64,000 nt of DNA from a virus: positions 64,001 through 128,000 of IMG/VR virus record IMGVR_UViG_3300020442_000007. One strand, given 5' to 3'. A program made the position numbers and the translations under genes. Below are positions 36,622 through 51,200 of the stretch, one piece after another (the stretch's first letter is position 1; the number at the start of each line of letters is the position of its first letter). A model generated the notes under the pieces. The model did not search any database and was not told where the DNA came from. It was given only the letters and a program-made list of their open reading frames with translations.

Positions 36622-38645
36622 TATGTACTCCTACCAGTGTAGATTATGTAATTTATAATTAAATGCGGATTCATTAAATTTAAAGGTTGTCCAACGGCAG
36701 AATCAGATTCAATTCCTCCACTGTTTGGAAGATATTGTCCGCCATTAGTAGCAGTTGGCCCATCACCTCTAAAGGCTCCTGTGTCTGTTGTAGGCGCTGC
36801 TAAATCATTTATTGCATAAAACTGTGTTAAAGCATCACCACGTAGATCGTGCTTGTGATCTGGCAAATTAGTAACTTGAATATTTGTTTTTTCTTGTCCG
36901 TCTTGTGAACCCATAATATCAGCAGATTCGTCTGTAATAACATTTGCACTAGTTCCGCCCATGTTATCTTTACCTACAGTAGTCCTACCTCTTAAATCAG
37001 GAACTTTAAAAAATCCTGTCGTAACAGATGCTTCAGCACCAAAATTATAACCTATTGCAGCAAACAGCAAAGTATAATCTGAAATTCTATATTCAGTACC
37101 GTCACACATTAACCAATCTTGTGGTGCAGTATTTCCTCCATAAGCCATCATAACACCAGCTGGATTAGTTGCTACTGAAGCAAATAAATTTGCCCTAGAA
37201 ATTTTAGCTAATCCTGTTGCACCTGTAACTCTGTTTAACAAAAATTCGTCGTCTGCTTGTGAACTTACAGTAGCACTTTTACCACCAATAATTGTGTTAC
37301 TAATTACTGCATTAAAAGTTTTTGTAGATCCTCCAGTTTGACCATCAAATGTAAATGCTGGGGCTGTAACATCTCCCGCTAATTGAAATGAAGTTGCAGA
37401 AGTAAGTTTATCTGCAGAGCCTGCTCTACCAGACACAGTACCACTTACATTACCTACTAAGTTTCCTGTAAATGCTGTTGAATAAATGTTTTTCCATTTA
37501 ATAGCATCTGTGCCTAAATTATATGTGTTATGTGCAAGCGGCATAATATCTGTTAATGTGCTTGTACCTGCAACATTTAAAGTACCACCTGCATGTACAT
37601 TTTTTGCTACACCGATACCACCCTTAGTTACAATAGAACCTGTGCCTATAGTTTCACTTTGTGTTGTTGAATCTATTGAAGCTGTACCGCTTGCTTTGAT
37701 ATTTCCTGTTACGTCAAGTGCTTCGTCTGGTGCAGTATTATTGATACCTACTCTTAGATTTGAATCTACTCTTAATACAGTAGTTAAAATGCCGTTATTT
37801 TTTACTCTTATATCAATATTAGAACCTTCAATCTGATGTTGAATAACTCCTGCAGATCCTTCAATACCAATGTTTAATTCTGCATTCAGTCCATAATTGA
37901 TTCCTGTATTATTTTGAATATTGATTGGATAATTTGTTGTACTAACAACATCTGCTCTTAAGAAATTTGATGCAGCGATAGCAGAACCTGCTACTACTAA
38001 ACTTTCTGCTTTTTCGCTTATGCCTCTATATTTTAAACTACCTGCTCCTGTAATATCTTTATCACTTAAATTAATTCCTGGCGATATTGTCGAAAAGCCT
38101 TCAATAGCTGTTTTAGGAGTAAACGAATTTGTACTTATAATTGCGGCAGGTTTAGATAGTACATCAAGTTGTATTACTGTGTAGGATACATTATCTGTAC
38201 CTATAATATTAGCTGGTGTTACTCCAGTTGCTAAACCGTCACTAAATTCAGGACCAATAAGAACCCAACCAGAACCAGAAAACAAATATAATTGTTGATT
38301 ATCAGTATCAACCCATAAATCACCAAGTTGTGATGCTGATACATCAGGTGCAGAAACTGCTTTTTTAATTCCTGCTGCAGATACCCAGTTAGTGCCATCG
38401 TAAACTTTTAGCGTTTCAGAGCCTGCTGTATTATCGTACCATAACTGTCCTTCTACACCATTACTAGGTGCAGTATTAAAAGCAAAATTTTCTAATAGAT
38501 GTAAAAAATTTGTTGCAATGGCGCTACCGTATGCAGTAGTATTTCTACCAGGCAACCGTAAAGATGTAGTAGTATTTAATGTGTTATCTTCTAATACTAT
38601 TGTGCCTTTATTAGCGGCATCTGTGTATGAAATAGTATACGCCAT
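36621..38645 (-). CDS. short tail fibre with phage tail collar domain (gp12-like)
   Basis: PAGVMMAYGG.TAP..WLMCDG..LFAAIG..F.VPDLRGR collar; HKH; NYIIY C-term. Confidence 0.85.
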   Translation of the reverse strand: MAYTISYTDAANKGTIVLEDNTLNTTTSLRLPGRNTTAYGSAIATNFLHLLENFAFNTAPSNGVEGQLWYDNTAGSETLKVYDGTNWVSAAGIKKAVSAPDVSASQLGDLWVDTDNQQLYLFSGSGWVLIGPEFSDGLATGVTPANIIGTDNVSYTVIQLDVLSKPAAIISTNSFTPKTAIEGFSTISPGINLSDKDITGAGSLKYRGISEKAESLVVAGSAIAASNFLRADVVSTTNYPINIQNNTGINYGLNAELNIGIEGSAGVIQHQIEGSNIDIRVKNNGILTTVLRVDSNLRVGINNTAPDEALDVTGNIKASGTASIDSTTQSETIGTGSIVTKGGIGVAKNVHAGGTLNVAGTSTLTDIMPLAHNTYNLGTDAIKWKNIYSTAFTGNLVGNVSGTVSGRAGSADKLTSATSFQLAGDVTAPAFTFDGQTGGSTKTFNAVISNTIIGGKSATVSSQADDEFLLNRVTGATGLAKISRANLFASVATNPAGVMMAYGGNTAPQDWLMCDGTEYRISDYTLLFAAIGYNFGAEASVTTGFFKVPDLRGRTTVGKDNMGGTSANVITDESADIMGSQDGQEKTNIQVTNLPDHKHDLRGDALTQFYAINDLAAPTTDTGAFRGDGPTATNGGQYLPNSGGIESDSAVGQPLNLMNPHLIINYIIYTGRST

Positions 38646-38649
38646 CTAT

Positions 38650-39264
38650 CTACGCCTCATTAAAACCAGTTAAACTTTGTACTCTAACTGTGTAGTCAAT
38701 TTGTATTAGTCTATTAAGAGACTTTTGTACAGGATGGAAAATTACATGTGTCAGTAATCTACCTGCGCCATCAGCTGAATATGCCTTAAGTCCTAATTCA
38801 TCAAAAACATATAAACTAGATCCATCAGTTGCAGTATCATATGCATCTTGCCCACTAGGCTCACTATAATCTAGCAAACATGTAACTAAAACATCTGTGT
38901 AGTTTGTACCACTTACGTGTCTTGTTTCAATTTTATTTCTGACAGGATCTAAATTATTAACACTACGATCATCTACTACTTTAGTATGTGTTTGATTATA
39001 TAAACTTGCATTTGTGCCTGTTGAATTTGGTGTTAAGTATGTAATAATTCCAGTAGGATCAACACTTGTACCACCATTTCCAAAACTCATTTCATATATC
39101 CAACCTGCACCTCCGTTGCCTATGCTTTCTGCAAGACTTAAACTCATATTTTCATAATGGATTGCATTACGCTTATCTACAAACGTATGATTAGACTCTG
39201 GATCGTGGATTTTGATGTGTCCTTGTATCAAAACTCCGCTCATATCATGTAAATTGTCTGTCAT
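38650..39264 (-). CDS. conserved virion/baseplate-associated protein
   Basis: Start revised to ATG 39264 (AGGA SD, late motif upstream); FDELGL..LLTHVIFHPVQKS. Confidence 0.65.
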   Translation of the reverse strand: MTDNLHDMSGVLIQGHIKIHDPESNHTFVDKRNAIHYENMSLSLAESIGNGGAGWIYEMSFGNGGTSVDPTGIITYLTPNSTGTNASLYNQTHTKVVDDRSVNNLDPVRNKIETRHVSGTNYTDVLVTCLLDYSEPSGQDAYDTATDGSSLYVFDELGLKAYSADGAGRLLTHVIFHPVQKSLNRLIQIDYTVRVQSLTGFNEA

Positions 39265-39283
39265 ATTATTTTTCCTGTCATTG

Positions 39284-39291
39284 TATTTATC
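39284..39291 (-). promoter_or_regulatory. putative late promoter GATAAATA overlapping the stop codon of the giant gene
   Basis: TATTTATC on + strand. Confidence 0.5.
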
Positions 39292-42200
39292 GAGGTAAGT
39301 CAACACTTGTAGCTCGTAAGAATCTTCCTATATCAGAATCTGCTTGGCTAAGTGGTTCACCTGGATCTGTCCATATTTTTCCTTGTTTTCGTATAATTAT
39401 AACCTTTTGATTTTCTCCTGGAGTATTAAGTAAAGTAACAGTACTACCCGCTAGTGTAAATTCTGCTGGTAAAGTTTCGTCACCTTCTGGACTATCTTGG
39501 GCTATACTACTTGTTGTTACACCATTAATTGTAGTTTCAAACTTATAAGATGCTATTGCATTTTTTCTTAACCGCTTTCCTGCTACAAATACATCAAACT
39601 CGTTCACTCCGTTAGCTCCCGGTGTAAAATCTAATTCAAACGTAGAACTTGTACCGTCTGCTGTAAATACTGTGCTTATTGTTTCGTCTTTGTAAGGCAT
39701 TGAAGCATCAATACTTTGATCATATACTTCTGTACCATGTGTATGTATATCTTTTACACCTGTACCTAATGTGCCTCTTTGTAATTGTTTTAACAAATTT
39801 CCTTCTTTTTGTCTATATTCAATTCTCTCTCCATTAACAAATACTATGCCTGGATATTCAGAACCTTCTGTAGGATTAGTAATGCCACTTGCATCAACAA
39901 GTTCTATAACTTTATCATATGGTTTAAGATCTTTTCCTAAAATATAATTTTTGTCTCCATCTATTCTCTTGTAGTGTGTCCTATTCAACATATCCTTAAA
40001 TTGTCTAAAACCAAATTTTGTAATAACAGTTGGATTACCAAAATGTAAAACCTCTATCCTATCTCCTTGAGACAAAGGACTGACTAATTTTACAAAATTC
40101 TTATCTGTTGTAACACTATAATCTACATCAGGTTTTAACAACTTATTGTTTAGTATAACCCAAACGTATTTAGAATCAACAGCTTGATTTCTTAATTTAA
40201 ATAAACCTGCTCTTAAATTATTTAAGAAATAATAATCTGCACTTCCTTTAGTTATAGGAGTGTTTTCTTGAACTGTGTATGATTCTCTTGAAAATTTCTG
40301 TGCAGTACTGTTACTAAATTGGAATACTCTCATTCTTGTACCAATTGGTCTGTCGACTTCAAAAGAGCAAATAGTCGGCGTCGGCACAAACACAGATGAT
40401 GAATCACCTTGTTGCTCAAAGTATCCAAACCTATATTGACTTTCGGTGATAATATATACAAGGAGTTTATCACCTGCTACACCTACTCCGTCTGCTAATT
40501 TTACTGTGTTACCTTTCTGTTGGTCTAAAGGTGTATCACTATCAAACGCTTCTGCTGATATAAATGTCCAATCAGTTGTATAAGTCAATTCTCTACCATT
40601 TAGATATACTTGAACTTGTGCGGCTTGGATTAATGCAATTGGTATCTGCCAAAGGTCTAATTTATATTCATTTTCAGCAGATACTGTAAATTCTTGATTG
40701 TACCCTGAATGTAATATATCGTCACCTACTTGTACAAGTGTATGTATACCCGAAGGACCATATGAAAAAGGTGCTTGACTTAAAACAAGTGTATCATTTC
40801 CTTGCGGTGTTGTTGCAATAAAGTCATCCACTACTACTTGACTGAAAGAATCTATTTCATTACCGTCGCCTATAAACAACGCATATCGTACAACATCTCC
40901 TGCTTGAAGAGGACTTGCTAATACTAACTCTACATTGTTAGGATATTCACCTGTACTTTTTGTTAAAACAGCATCTAGTTTTTTTCCATTACTTGTAGCT
41001 ATTCCTTGTACATTATCTGTCCATCTAACATTTGTTTCAAACGTATTTGAACTTCCATCACTTACAAAACTATCTATATCTAATATTTGCAATCCTGCTA
41101 CTTCGACTAAGGTTAAATTTATTTTTGCACCATCTGCAGGTGCTACTTCAAAGTCTACAGTTTTATTTGCATAATTTACTTTGTATCCTAGCGTAGAATC
41201 ATCTGTTGTCGGCTCCATAATATCCGAATCAACTTTAACAAACAATGAACTACCTGTGAAAGGTGATTTACCTATGTCAAATGATTTTGTAGATCCATCA
41301 CCAGTATGATTTCTATTTACAACAATACTGCTTCCACCTACTGGTCTTTCAAACACTGAAATATCTACAGCATCAATTACTTGTCCTGGTACAACTTCTT
41401 CTGGACCTTTGCTTGTTGTTGGAGTAACAAAGCCGTCGCCGTCTATTGTAATATCTTCTGCTTTTAAACCTGTAGCTGAATTATAAGCAAGAGATCCTCC
41501 GCTAATAGATGTGTCATAACTTTCTGGGTCATTAATAAAGCTACCATCACTAGTTTCTTTTCTTACAATAATTACATCATCAGCTTGCGTAGGTACTTCG
41601 TATTCTTGTAATTCTATTACAGTAGTAACTCCGTCTCCTGTAATACTCTGCATAATTGCATTAGGATTTTTAATTAATGTAGAATCATAATTAGGTTCTG
41701 GTGCCCAATTAGGATCATCTAACCTAATACCATTTCTATATAAATTATAAACTACACCATTTTCTAATGGTTTGCTTAAAGTAATGCTAATTGTACTACC
41801 GTCTAATTTAAATACTTCATCTTCGTATGTAGTATCATATGTATCCCAAGAATCTGTAAACCAAGGAGCAGAGTCCCAACCAGTGTTACCGCCAAATTCA
41901 AAACTTTTTACTTCAACACCGCCATAGTCAATACCGTCCATTACTTGTGATAAATCATTACCAAATTGACCTGCAACAGGATTGTATTCTAAACTAACTC
42001 TATCAGAAGCTGTCAAATATTCTACAGGTTTTTTGTAATTTATAACAATTGAAGTATTACTAGCAGGAGGTTTAGTAAAAGTTACTCTACCAAAATATCT
42101 ATCATAACCTTTTGAAGTGTCTTTTACATTTTCATATGTATATTCACTTTGCAATGCAAGTTCGCCCGATACAGTAATTTCTACAGTATTTGTTCTCAAA

Positions 42201-45200
42201 TCCATAGGAAATATTAAATCAAATATATAAGCACTACCACTACCTACAAATGTTTGTGTTTCGCTTAATTTTGTTACAACAAATTTTCCTGTAACTCTGT
42301 CAAATTTGACTGTTGTGTGCATTCCTCTTACTAAGCCATCGCCTAGCACGGCAATTAATCTTGCTGGTCTACCTCCTTCGGATATAGAACCGTTAATTTC
42401 TACTACTGGAGGATTTAAATAACCAGTACCTTGATTTGTTATTTCTACAGATGCTATTTTTCCGCCTTGTCCTAATTTGGCTAAAGCTGTAGCTCCTGTA
42501 CCTGTTTCTGAAGTAGACAGGTCTTGTCCAACAAATTTTAATACAGGAGGTTGTGTATATCCGCTACCTGCATCTGCAATTTCAATACGCTTAATTTTGT
42601 AGGATAAATTATCAACCCAATTTTTATTAGGATAGGTTGTTAAATCAGTATCAGTCCCTACTATTGCGTTATCTATAACTTTAACAGCAGGTGGTATAAT
42701 AGACTTACTTGAATTATCATACCTTGGCGGTAAATCAAAATCAGTCACTAGATTTGATGCAACATTAAGCTGATTGTAATCACTTATATATTCGCGTAAC
42801 TTACTCTTGAATGGTTTTACTTCTTTTAGATACTCTTCGTAACTAGGTAAATTGTCATTTTGGAATGTAATTTTTTTACTTAAATCTCCGACATTGTGTC
42901 TTGCTTTAATAAAGCTCGTCTTAAATGCCCAATCAACTAATCCCTGTTCCGCAAAAACATATTTCAAACTTGATAAAAACAAATTATTATATTCTACTGC
43001 AAGTTCATCTACAAATAGATTATCTCTTAATGCTTCTAAAATTATTCTTGTCTCTTTTACTGGCTGTACATCATATACTTTAATATCATAACTTGCACTA
43101 TCAAATCCTGAACCAACCGCTGTGTTAAATAGAGATGGTAAAAATCTTATAGTTCCGTTTTGACGTCCTATTGTTTTATAATTCCTTGTATAATCAATTG
43201 AATCAGCATTATCTATCTTTTCTAATAGAAGCCAACCGCCTGATCCAACGTTTGCTATTTTAACAATATCGCCAGTTGTGTCATCTATAGATTCTAATTC
43301 ATAACTAGAATTTATTAAGTGATTAATTGTTGTGAATTCATTATATCCTGTGTCATACCAATCTATATACTCCCAGAATAAAGATACATCAAATACTTGA
43401 CTTTGTTTTCTTACCCACAGAGTGTTGTTTACATTTCTTTCATATATTGACCATTTTCCAGATAATGTACTGTCGCTGTTTACTAAGACTGCAAATCTTC
43501 TTACTGACAATGTTGTTAATGTTGAACTATAACCGCTACCTTGAGAATCCACTGTTGCAGATATAACTGCACCTACATTGTTTAATGTCAAAGTAATATT
43601 TGCGGCTGTTTCAAAATTTCCAGTTATTTCTACTGTAGGCACAACTTTATAGCCTCTACCAGGATCATCAATTGTTACCCTTACTATTTTACCATCTACA
43701 ATTACCGGAGTCAAAATCGCTTGCTTCACTTTAGCTGTACCTACAAATTCTAAATCTTCAAATGTATCTACAGCTAAATCATATGTGTTGCCAGCTGCTA
43801 ACGGCGCCGCTTGTTTAGAAAGTAACGGTGTAATAATTTTATCATCTACAATTAAATTTTCTTTAAGTACAAGATTGGCTCTATCAATAACTTGCTTAAG
43901 AGCTTCTGTTTTATTTACAAACCAGGATTGCCTTGGATCATTTAAAATTCCATATTTTTCCTTAGCTGATAAATTCGGATCTGGTACTATTCTGCCAGCA
44001 TCATCGTATCCAATTAAACTATCAAACCATTTTCTTTCTATATCAGCATTTGGTTTGCTTGTATCTAAACCAGCAGTATATAATTGATATTGGTTGTGTA
44101 TGTTTATATCTTGATTTTCAATAGTCCAATATTGTATACTTAATGCAACTTCTTTATCTTTTAATAAACTTTCACAATTATGTATAACAAAGCTAGTTGG
44201 ACTTATAAAGTTTATAAATCTATAGCCCATACTTGCAGGATCATCAATATATTTTGCTACATTAAATGCACTTAATTTTCTTGATTCTAATCTTGGAGCA
44301 GTAATTTTGCCTTTTACCCAATAATAATATTTTGTAGAAAATGTTTGTGCAACATCGTCGTAGATTCTTCTAGTTGAATATATTGTATCATCATATTTTG
44401 TAGTGCCACTAATACCTTCTGTGACTCCTTCTGCAGATGCAGATAAAGTATTCCATTCTGAAGGAAGTAATGTAGTTTCAACCCATTCATACACATCAAT
44501 GCTGTTGCCGGTAAATTGTGTGTTCCAATTATTAACACTATAAATTGTGTTGTTCTGATAAGGATTTAAAAATTTAGTAGTAGATAAATCCCACCAAAGC
44601 TCTCCAACTTGATTTTCTCCCCATACTTCAGATTTGCTTGTATTAACATCTGATGTACCAACTGTATATACAGCTGGATCATAATGCAATTTATAACTTA
44701 ATTCTTGTTCTGCAATACCTGGAATTTTTCCTTGTATAGGATCTACATAATCTAAATAGCTTACTAATTTATTTTCTTTTGTATTATACAACAATACTTT
44801 TTTAATTTTTGCAACGTCTACTGTATCTTTAGGTTGAGAATGTGTTTTCCAAATATTAGCAGTTGGTTCTTTTCTATAATCTATAACTGCACCATTTTCT
44901 CCATCAGCCACAGTCTGTTTTGGTAATCCAACATATACATGACTATTATTTGTGTATAAGTTCATACCAAAATCTTTAATGCTATTACTAGAATCTGAAT
45001 TTGCAACTGCTTGCGTTGAATCTTGTAGTTCGTCGTATGCTAATTTCTGGCCATAAACTAAATTTCCGCTAATATTTTCATATAGATATACAACACCAGT
45101 ATCGACAAATTTCTTTGCAAATGTAGTAAAATTATTATCCCAAGTTGTTTGCGGCACCCCTTCTGTTGAATCAAATGTAGTTTTTGCATCTGAGTCGGCA

Positions 45201-48200
45201 TTCTTTGCAGTAATAGCTAGAATGTTTTCATCAAACGCTAATCTAATACCAAATAGTTCAACTTTTTCGTTTGCTCTACTATAAAGTGTTTGAGACAATT
45301 CAAACATTCCTGTAGCAGTATTTTTCTTTAGCACAAAGACTCTACCTTGATCGATTTGTATACGAGACGGGTCTTCTTCGCTACGTTGTGTTTCAGCAAA
45401 CGGCTCACCTATTGCAATAATGTTACCATCACTGCTAAGTGCTATATCAGCACCCCACAAAGTTTTACCTGTCGACCATAAATCAAGATCTACAGCATTC
45501 AAAGGTGCAGGAAAGCTGTTTTCTAATATACTTTGACTTCTTTGATAATTTCCGTTCTTGTTTCTATATACGACTACTTGTGCTTTATCGCCTCCAGAAT
45601 ATCTAGCTAGACCTATTAATACTTCGCCGTCATCTGAAACATCAATTCTATTAAAATTAAATAATCCACCTTGATCTAAAATTGTACTCGGATCAGCACT
45701 ATCAAAAATTGGTTGTATTTCTGTGTTGTTAGGTACATAACCTAAGTAATCTAAAGGTTGTGTCTGTTGTGTCCAATTTGCTCCATTAAAAATGCCTGGA
45801 GATAAATTAGTATTTGCCTTGTAAATACCACGATCTAAATATATAATATCTCCTGTTTGGTAACTTACCAATGGAGAAAACGTACCTTGAAATTTCTTAT
45901 CTTTTGCAAGTTCCCAATCCCAAACATCTCCGTTTATATCTGTGCCATTCTTTATAAAATACGTTCGTCCAGGTATAAATGTGCTATCATCAAGTTCTTT
46001 TCCTATATTCCTAAAATCTCTTAATCTAGTGTAATCTTGTCCTGCGTGAACAAAAAGCCTGTAAAGATCATTTTGTTTTGCAGTTTTAATTTCAGAACCT
46101 AAATAAAAATCTTCATGTGCTTCTGGTACAATATAACTTCTTAAAAACTGGAATCTATTTGTGTTACCAGTTCCAAATACTGAATACATTCCTTGATTTT
46201 CAAAGGTACTTGCTGTTGCTCCGGACACAGCAGGAATACTATAAACGTTTATCCAATCATTATTTCCTGCACTAGGTAAATTTGCGGATACAGGCACACC
46301 TGCTACTGTATTTTCTTCATAAAACCAATACTCTGTATCAATCTGTCTTGAAACTGACGGAATATCTATATTTTCACCTGAATCAATTACAATTAATTTA
46401 CCTATTCCTTCAGCTGAAAGTCCTAATGATTTCTTTTGTATTTCGCCCATTACCCTGTCAACTTGATAAATTGGACTTGTATCTGTAGGCACCCCTATAA
46501 ATTTAATTTCTGCATTGTTACCAAACTGTGATCCATTTGAAAAATCTCCTACTGCATTTTTTACAAAAATTGTAGCGTTCAAAGCATCTCGCTGATAGAA
46601 TGTTACTTCTGCTGTAGCACCTGTTGTAACATCTTGTACAGTATCGCCTATCCTTGGTTCAAAAGGTTCACCAAATAGATTAAATTTTGTAAACTGAAAC
46701 TTTATATAACCGTCCCATAAATCATATACAGTTAATTCTTTGTTTGTTTTCGCATATGATAATCCTATAGCTGAAGGATCATTATTCGTTCCTGTTACAT
46801 ATCGTGAAAGGCTAGGAATTAAAAATTTAAATTTATCACCGTTAGACAAAGTATCTGTAAGATCTTTAGGAGCTCTAATAACATACAAAGGACTTAAGAA
46901 AGGCGTAGTAGCTCCTCCTGCTCCAGGTAATCCTTGATAGCTCAAAGTTTCAATATAACTTGCTAAAGTATCTTCACTCTGTATTGTACTTGTTTCATAA
47001 TCACGTGAATTGTAATAATAGTTAGAAGGAGTCGAACTATCAGTAATTGCTTCTTGAAAAACAAGACCTTTGCCTTCATCTGATGTTGTTGTAAATATGT
47101 TATAGCCGCCTGGGACTGTAAGCATAATGTAACCACCATAGTAACTACTTACATCAATTGTCTCTGCAGGCGCGGATGTAACATATTCACCAACAAAATC
47201 TCCGTTGACTAAAAATAAACTATCAGTACTATCAAAACTACCAGTTATGTTATTTAAATATAAACCTAAACTGCCGCCTACTTCATATGAATATGCAACT
47301 GTAGCCGAGCCTGTTTGAGTCTGTACCTTATCTCCTGCTACAGGTTGGTTTGTAAATGCATTAATATTAAGAATTAAATCTACTTTCATCTGTACTTGAT
47401 GTACGCTACTAAAGAAAGTTGAGTCTAATTCTGGCATACCTCCGCCTGGAAAAGGCTCTCTACTTGTGTATAAAGATTGCTCTTGATTTGCTATAGTTTT
47501 GCTATTCCACTTTAGTTTTACTTGATCGTTGATATCTAAACCAGCATACATTAACTTAGGTGTTTTAACTAAAACATGATCTACATTAATACCTGTAAAA
47601 GGATACTTTCCTGTTAGAAGTACGTCCACTTGTTCTGATGCTTCTGTTGTATTTCCAATTGATTCAATTTGTTGAACAACACTACCAAAGCTAGTAAATT
47701 GAATGCTGTCTGACTGTGGTACAATAGACGTAGTAGCTTTCCATAACTTGTTATTGTATGTTACAATGTCATCTAAAACATAAGCAGAACTAGGATTATA
47801 GTTTTGTTTATATCTTGTTTTTACATTACTTGCATTTGGAGAACCAACAACTAAATACTTTCCATCTGCTGTTACTGAAACTGCTGAACCAAATTTTTGT
47901 AATTTTGGTGGAGTTGTCAAAGGGACAAATTTTGTTACATCAAAATTTTCTCCACCTACGTGTGTTTCACTAACTGTGTAAAATATATTATTTGCTTTGA
48001 CTAATTCACCTTCGGTATAAGTCGCACCAGTATAAAATCTTTTAAATGTAAATGCAGTATCTGTTGGTGCGGTTACAACCTGAGACAAAACAAAATTAGC
48101 ACTTGCTGATCCTCTTGTGTATATATAAACTTGACCATCATCTTCGTCTGGAGAACCTACTGCAAGAACTGTATTGTTTTTATTAGAAGAAATTGCAGTA

Positions 48201-51200
48201 GCGAAAGTTTCATTAGCAATACTTTCCCCACTACTTACATCTTGTAATTTTTGAAAGGCTTCGCTTGCTTCGTATACTCTCCAATTATCTCCGTCTGCTT
48301 TATCGACCCAAAATTTAGATTTTACTTGAGCTAATTTTTGTGCTACATCATTTAATTTAGAAAGTGAATCAGTCCTTACAGAAACTAGTCTACTTAATCT
48401 ACCTTTACAATCTTCAATATCATCTACTTTATCAGGACTTATAAAAGTTATTTTTTCTAAGCTAACAGATTTTACTTTAAAGAATGCACCTATTGCAGAT
48501 TTACTAGTTGACGCTGTAGCAAATGTGCTATCTGCTTGATCTAAAGTTGTTGAAATTAAATCATATACTCCGAATATATCTCCTGCTTTAATATTTTGAG
48601 GAGTAGATGTTAATGATACAGTAAATTCAGTTTCACCGCCAGTAACTTTTTCAACTACAAAATCAGTGTCATCATGTCTGTAAATATTCCAAGTAAGATT
48701 ATCATTACCTACCCAAATAAGATCACCTTGATTACAATTTGCAAAATCAATATCTAAAATACTATCGAAATCTTTAACAATAAATTTTACATCTTCTTGA
48801 TTTACATATCCACTGTCTTTTGCATATCCTTGTTCAGGAGCAACATATTTCTTTGGAAAAGGAGAATGGTCATAGCCTTTTGGTTTTAGATAAGTTTCAT
48901 AAGGTAATATTCTATAAACTAAATCTGTTTCTTCACCAGTTACATTTTTAACAAGCTCAATTGGTTGAGGTGAAAGTCTAAATTTATCTTCATCTAGTTT
49001 ATATTCTACTTCATCAAATCCTGCAGCCGCTCCGTATTGGCCTCTTTTAATTGCCCATTCTTCATAAAATTCTAAACTATCTTTATCTGCATTTCCAAGA
49101 ACATCAAATAATTTTGTTAATGCATTTTTTGTACCTTTATCTTGTATAAATCCTTGATAAAATTTATACTGCGATACATCATCATTAATAATATTTTCTA
49201 AATATTTTCTTTTTTGATATCCAATTAAATGTTGTGCTAATCTTTGCTGTTCGCTATCAAAGTTATCACTGTCTAGATCATAAAAATCTGCAAATTGGTT
49301 TGTTTTATATTCGAAGTTTGGACTCAATCCTGACTCTGGTTTGTAATCTAATCTAGTCCATTGTGTATCTATGAATGATTCTGTACCAGGAACTTTACTG
49401 TTTGCTGTATAATAAAATTCTTTATATTTTACTATATCACCTATAAAATAATCTTTGTTAGACTGCCAATCTTCTATAGTAGCTTGATCATAAACAAATC
49501 CTTCAATGTTCAAACTTCCATCCCAATTAGTAGTTCTATAACCAAGAACTTTAATTCTTTCTTGTCTATATCCTGGTTCTGGATCATAAATTGTATCATT
49601 AAACACAGTTTTGTTGTCAAGTAAAACTACATGCTCTTTTTGAACACACGGTAATTTTATAGCAAAAATGCCGTCGGCAGTATTTTTTGGTCTGAGTATA
49701 AATTCATTTGGATCTTGTCTATCAACTTGTACAAAATCACTTGTGAGTTTTTGTCCGTCAACTTTTAATAAAGTATATCCAAAAAATCCGTCAAAAATAT
49801 TATCTACTACACTATATTCTGTTCTAAACTTTAATTGGTTTGCACCAGGGCTTAAACTAATGAGTGTGCCTGCTGACCAATTATGAAGTGTCCAAAAAGC
49901 AAACTCCTTTGTTGATGTCTCCCAATCATCAACAACGCTTGCACTTTTCCTAAAATTATCAAACACAAATCCTATAGACTCTAAATACTTGCCATAACCT
50001 TGTAAGAAATCACAAACATCTTGTATAGTATTCAATATCGTACCATAAGGTAATTCTAAAGGAGCAAATGTTGCAAATTCTCTCCTTAAGATTATTTCTC
50101 TACCACCCCTTACTGGAACTTTAGGAATTGATGCAAAATTTGATTCCTCAAATGTGTCACCAGCAATGTGCTGTTTTGTAACTCTATAATATTTTCCAGC
50201 TTGTTCAACTATACTTCCTATAGTGTATGTACGTCCACCTTCAAATTCTAAAAATGATTCTGTAGTACCTCCTACTGTAACTACAGGATCTCTATCTCTT
50301 TCAAAATGAGGAAAATATTTAAATGCCGTTGTACTGTCATCGTAGCCTTTGATCTTATAACCATTTGGTCTTTTTTCGATCATTACACCACTATAACTTA
50401 TTGTTTTTACAGGTGCACTTTTATTTAAAAATATGCTATAGTTTTCATCAGGAACAAAAACGTTTCCTTCATTTAAAGGAGTTCTACTATCTAAAATAAG
50501 TTTAAATTTATTCTTATCTGTATATCCTCCAACTTTAAAACCAATTTGATTTGTAATATTTTGAATATTATTTTTATACTGACTATATGATGTAGTAACA
50601 CTAGAAGCCATATAACCTGCAATATAATTTATTAAACCAGAAGTATAAGTTTGCGTAGTATCTAAGTGTGTGTTTGGAAACACTAAACTAGATAATTTTA
50701 TTTGATTACTCTGTGTTTTGTAAATAATCTGTTGTGTTAAATTTCTTATTTGATTAGCTCTATCAAATCCTGTTGCTAACACTTTAGATGGCTGACTCAA
50801 TGTCCAAGCTGTAATTAAACTAAATGGATATTCACTACTTCTTCTCCAAGCAGTCTCTACAGGTGCTTCATCGCCAAATTTAAATGAATCGCCTAATTTA
50901 GCAGAATCAAAACTTTGTACATATCCTGAGTCATTTGGACTTATTAAATTTCCGCTTTCGTTTACAGGAATATAATCTAATAATCCTGGTCGTTTATACT
51001 TGTTTAAAATTTTAATTTTTTTGTTTGGTTCTCTTACAACACCATTTTGTAGATCAGTCCATAAAACTAAATTATCTTTTGTATATGGTGCTGGCCCATA
51101 TTGTGCGTCCCACCAAGTGGGTTTAATTGTAAATCCAAGCATTTCCCATGGGTGTGTATGAGGTCTGTCTGTGTCAAATGCATGTCTATATACACCTCGC

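Noticed and set aside
39265-39306. N-terminal extension MLTYLDKYNDRKNN from the ORF track
   Set aside because: TTG start overlaps the giant gene; ATG 39264 has an SD and an upstream late motif
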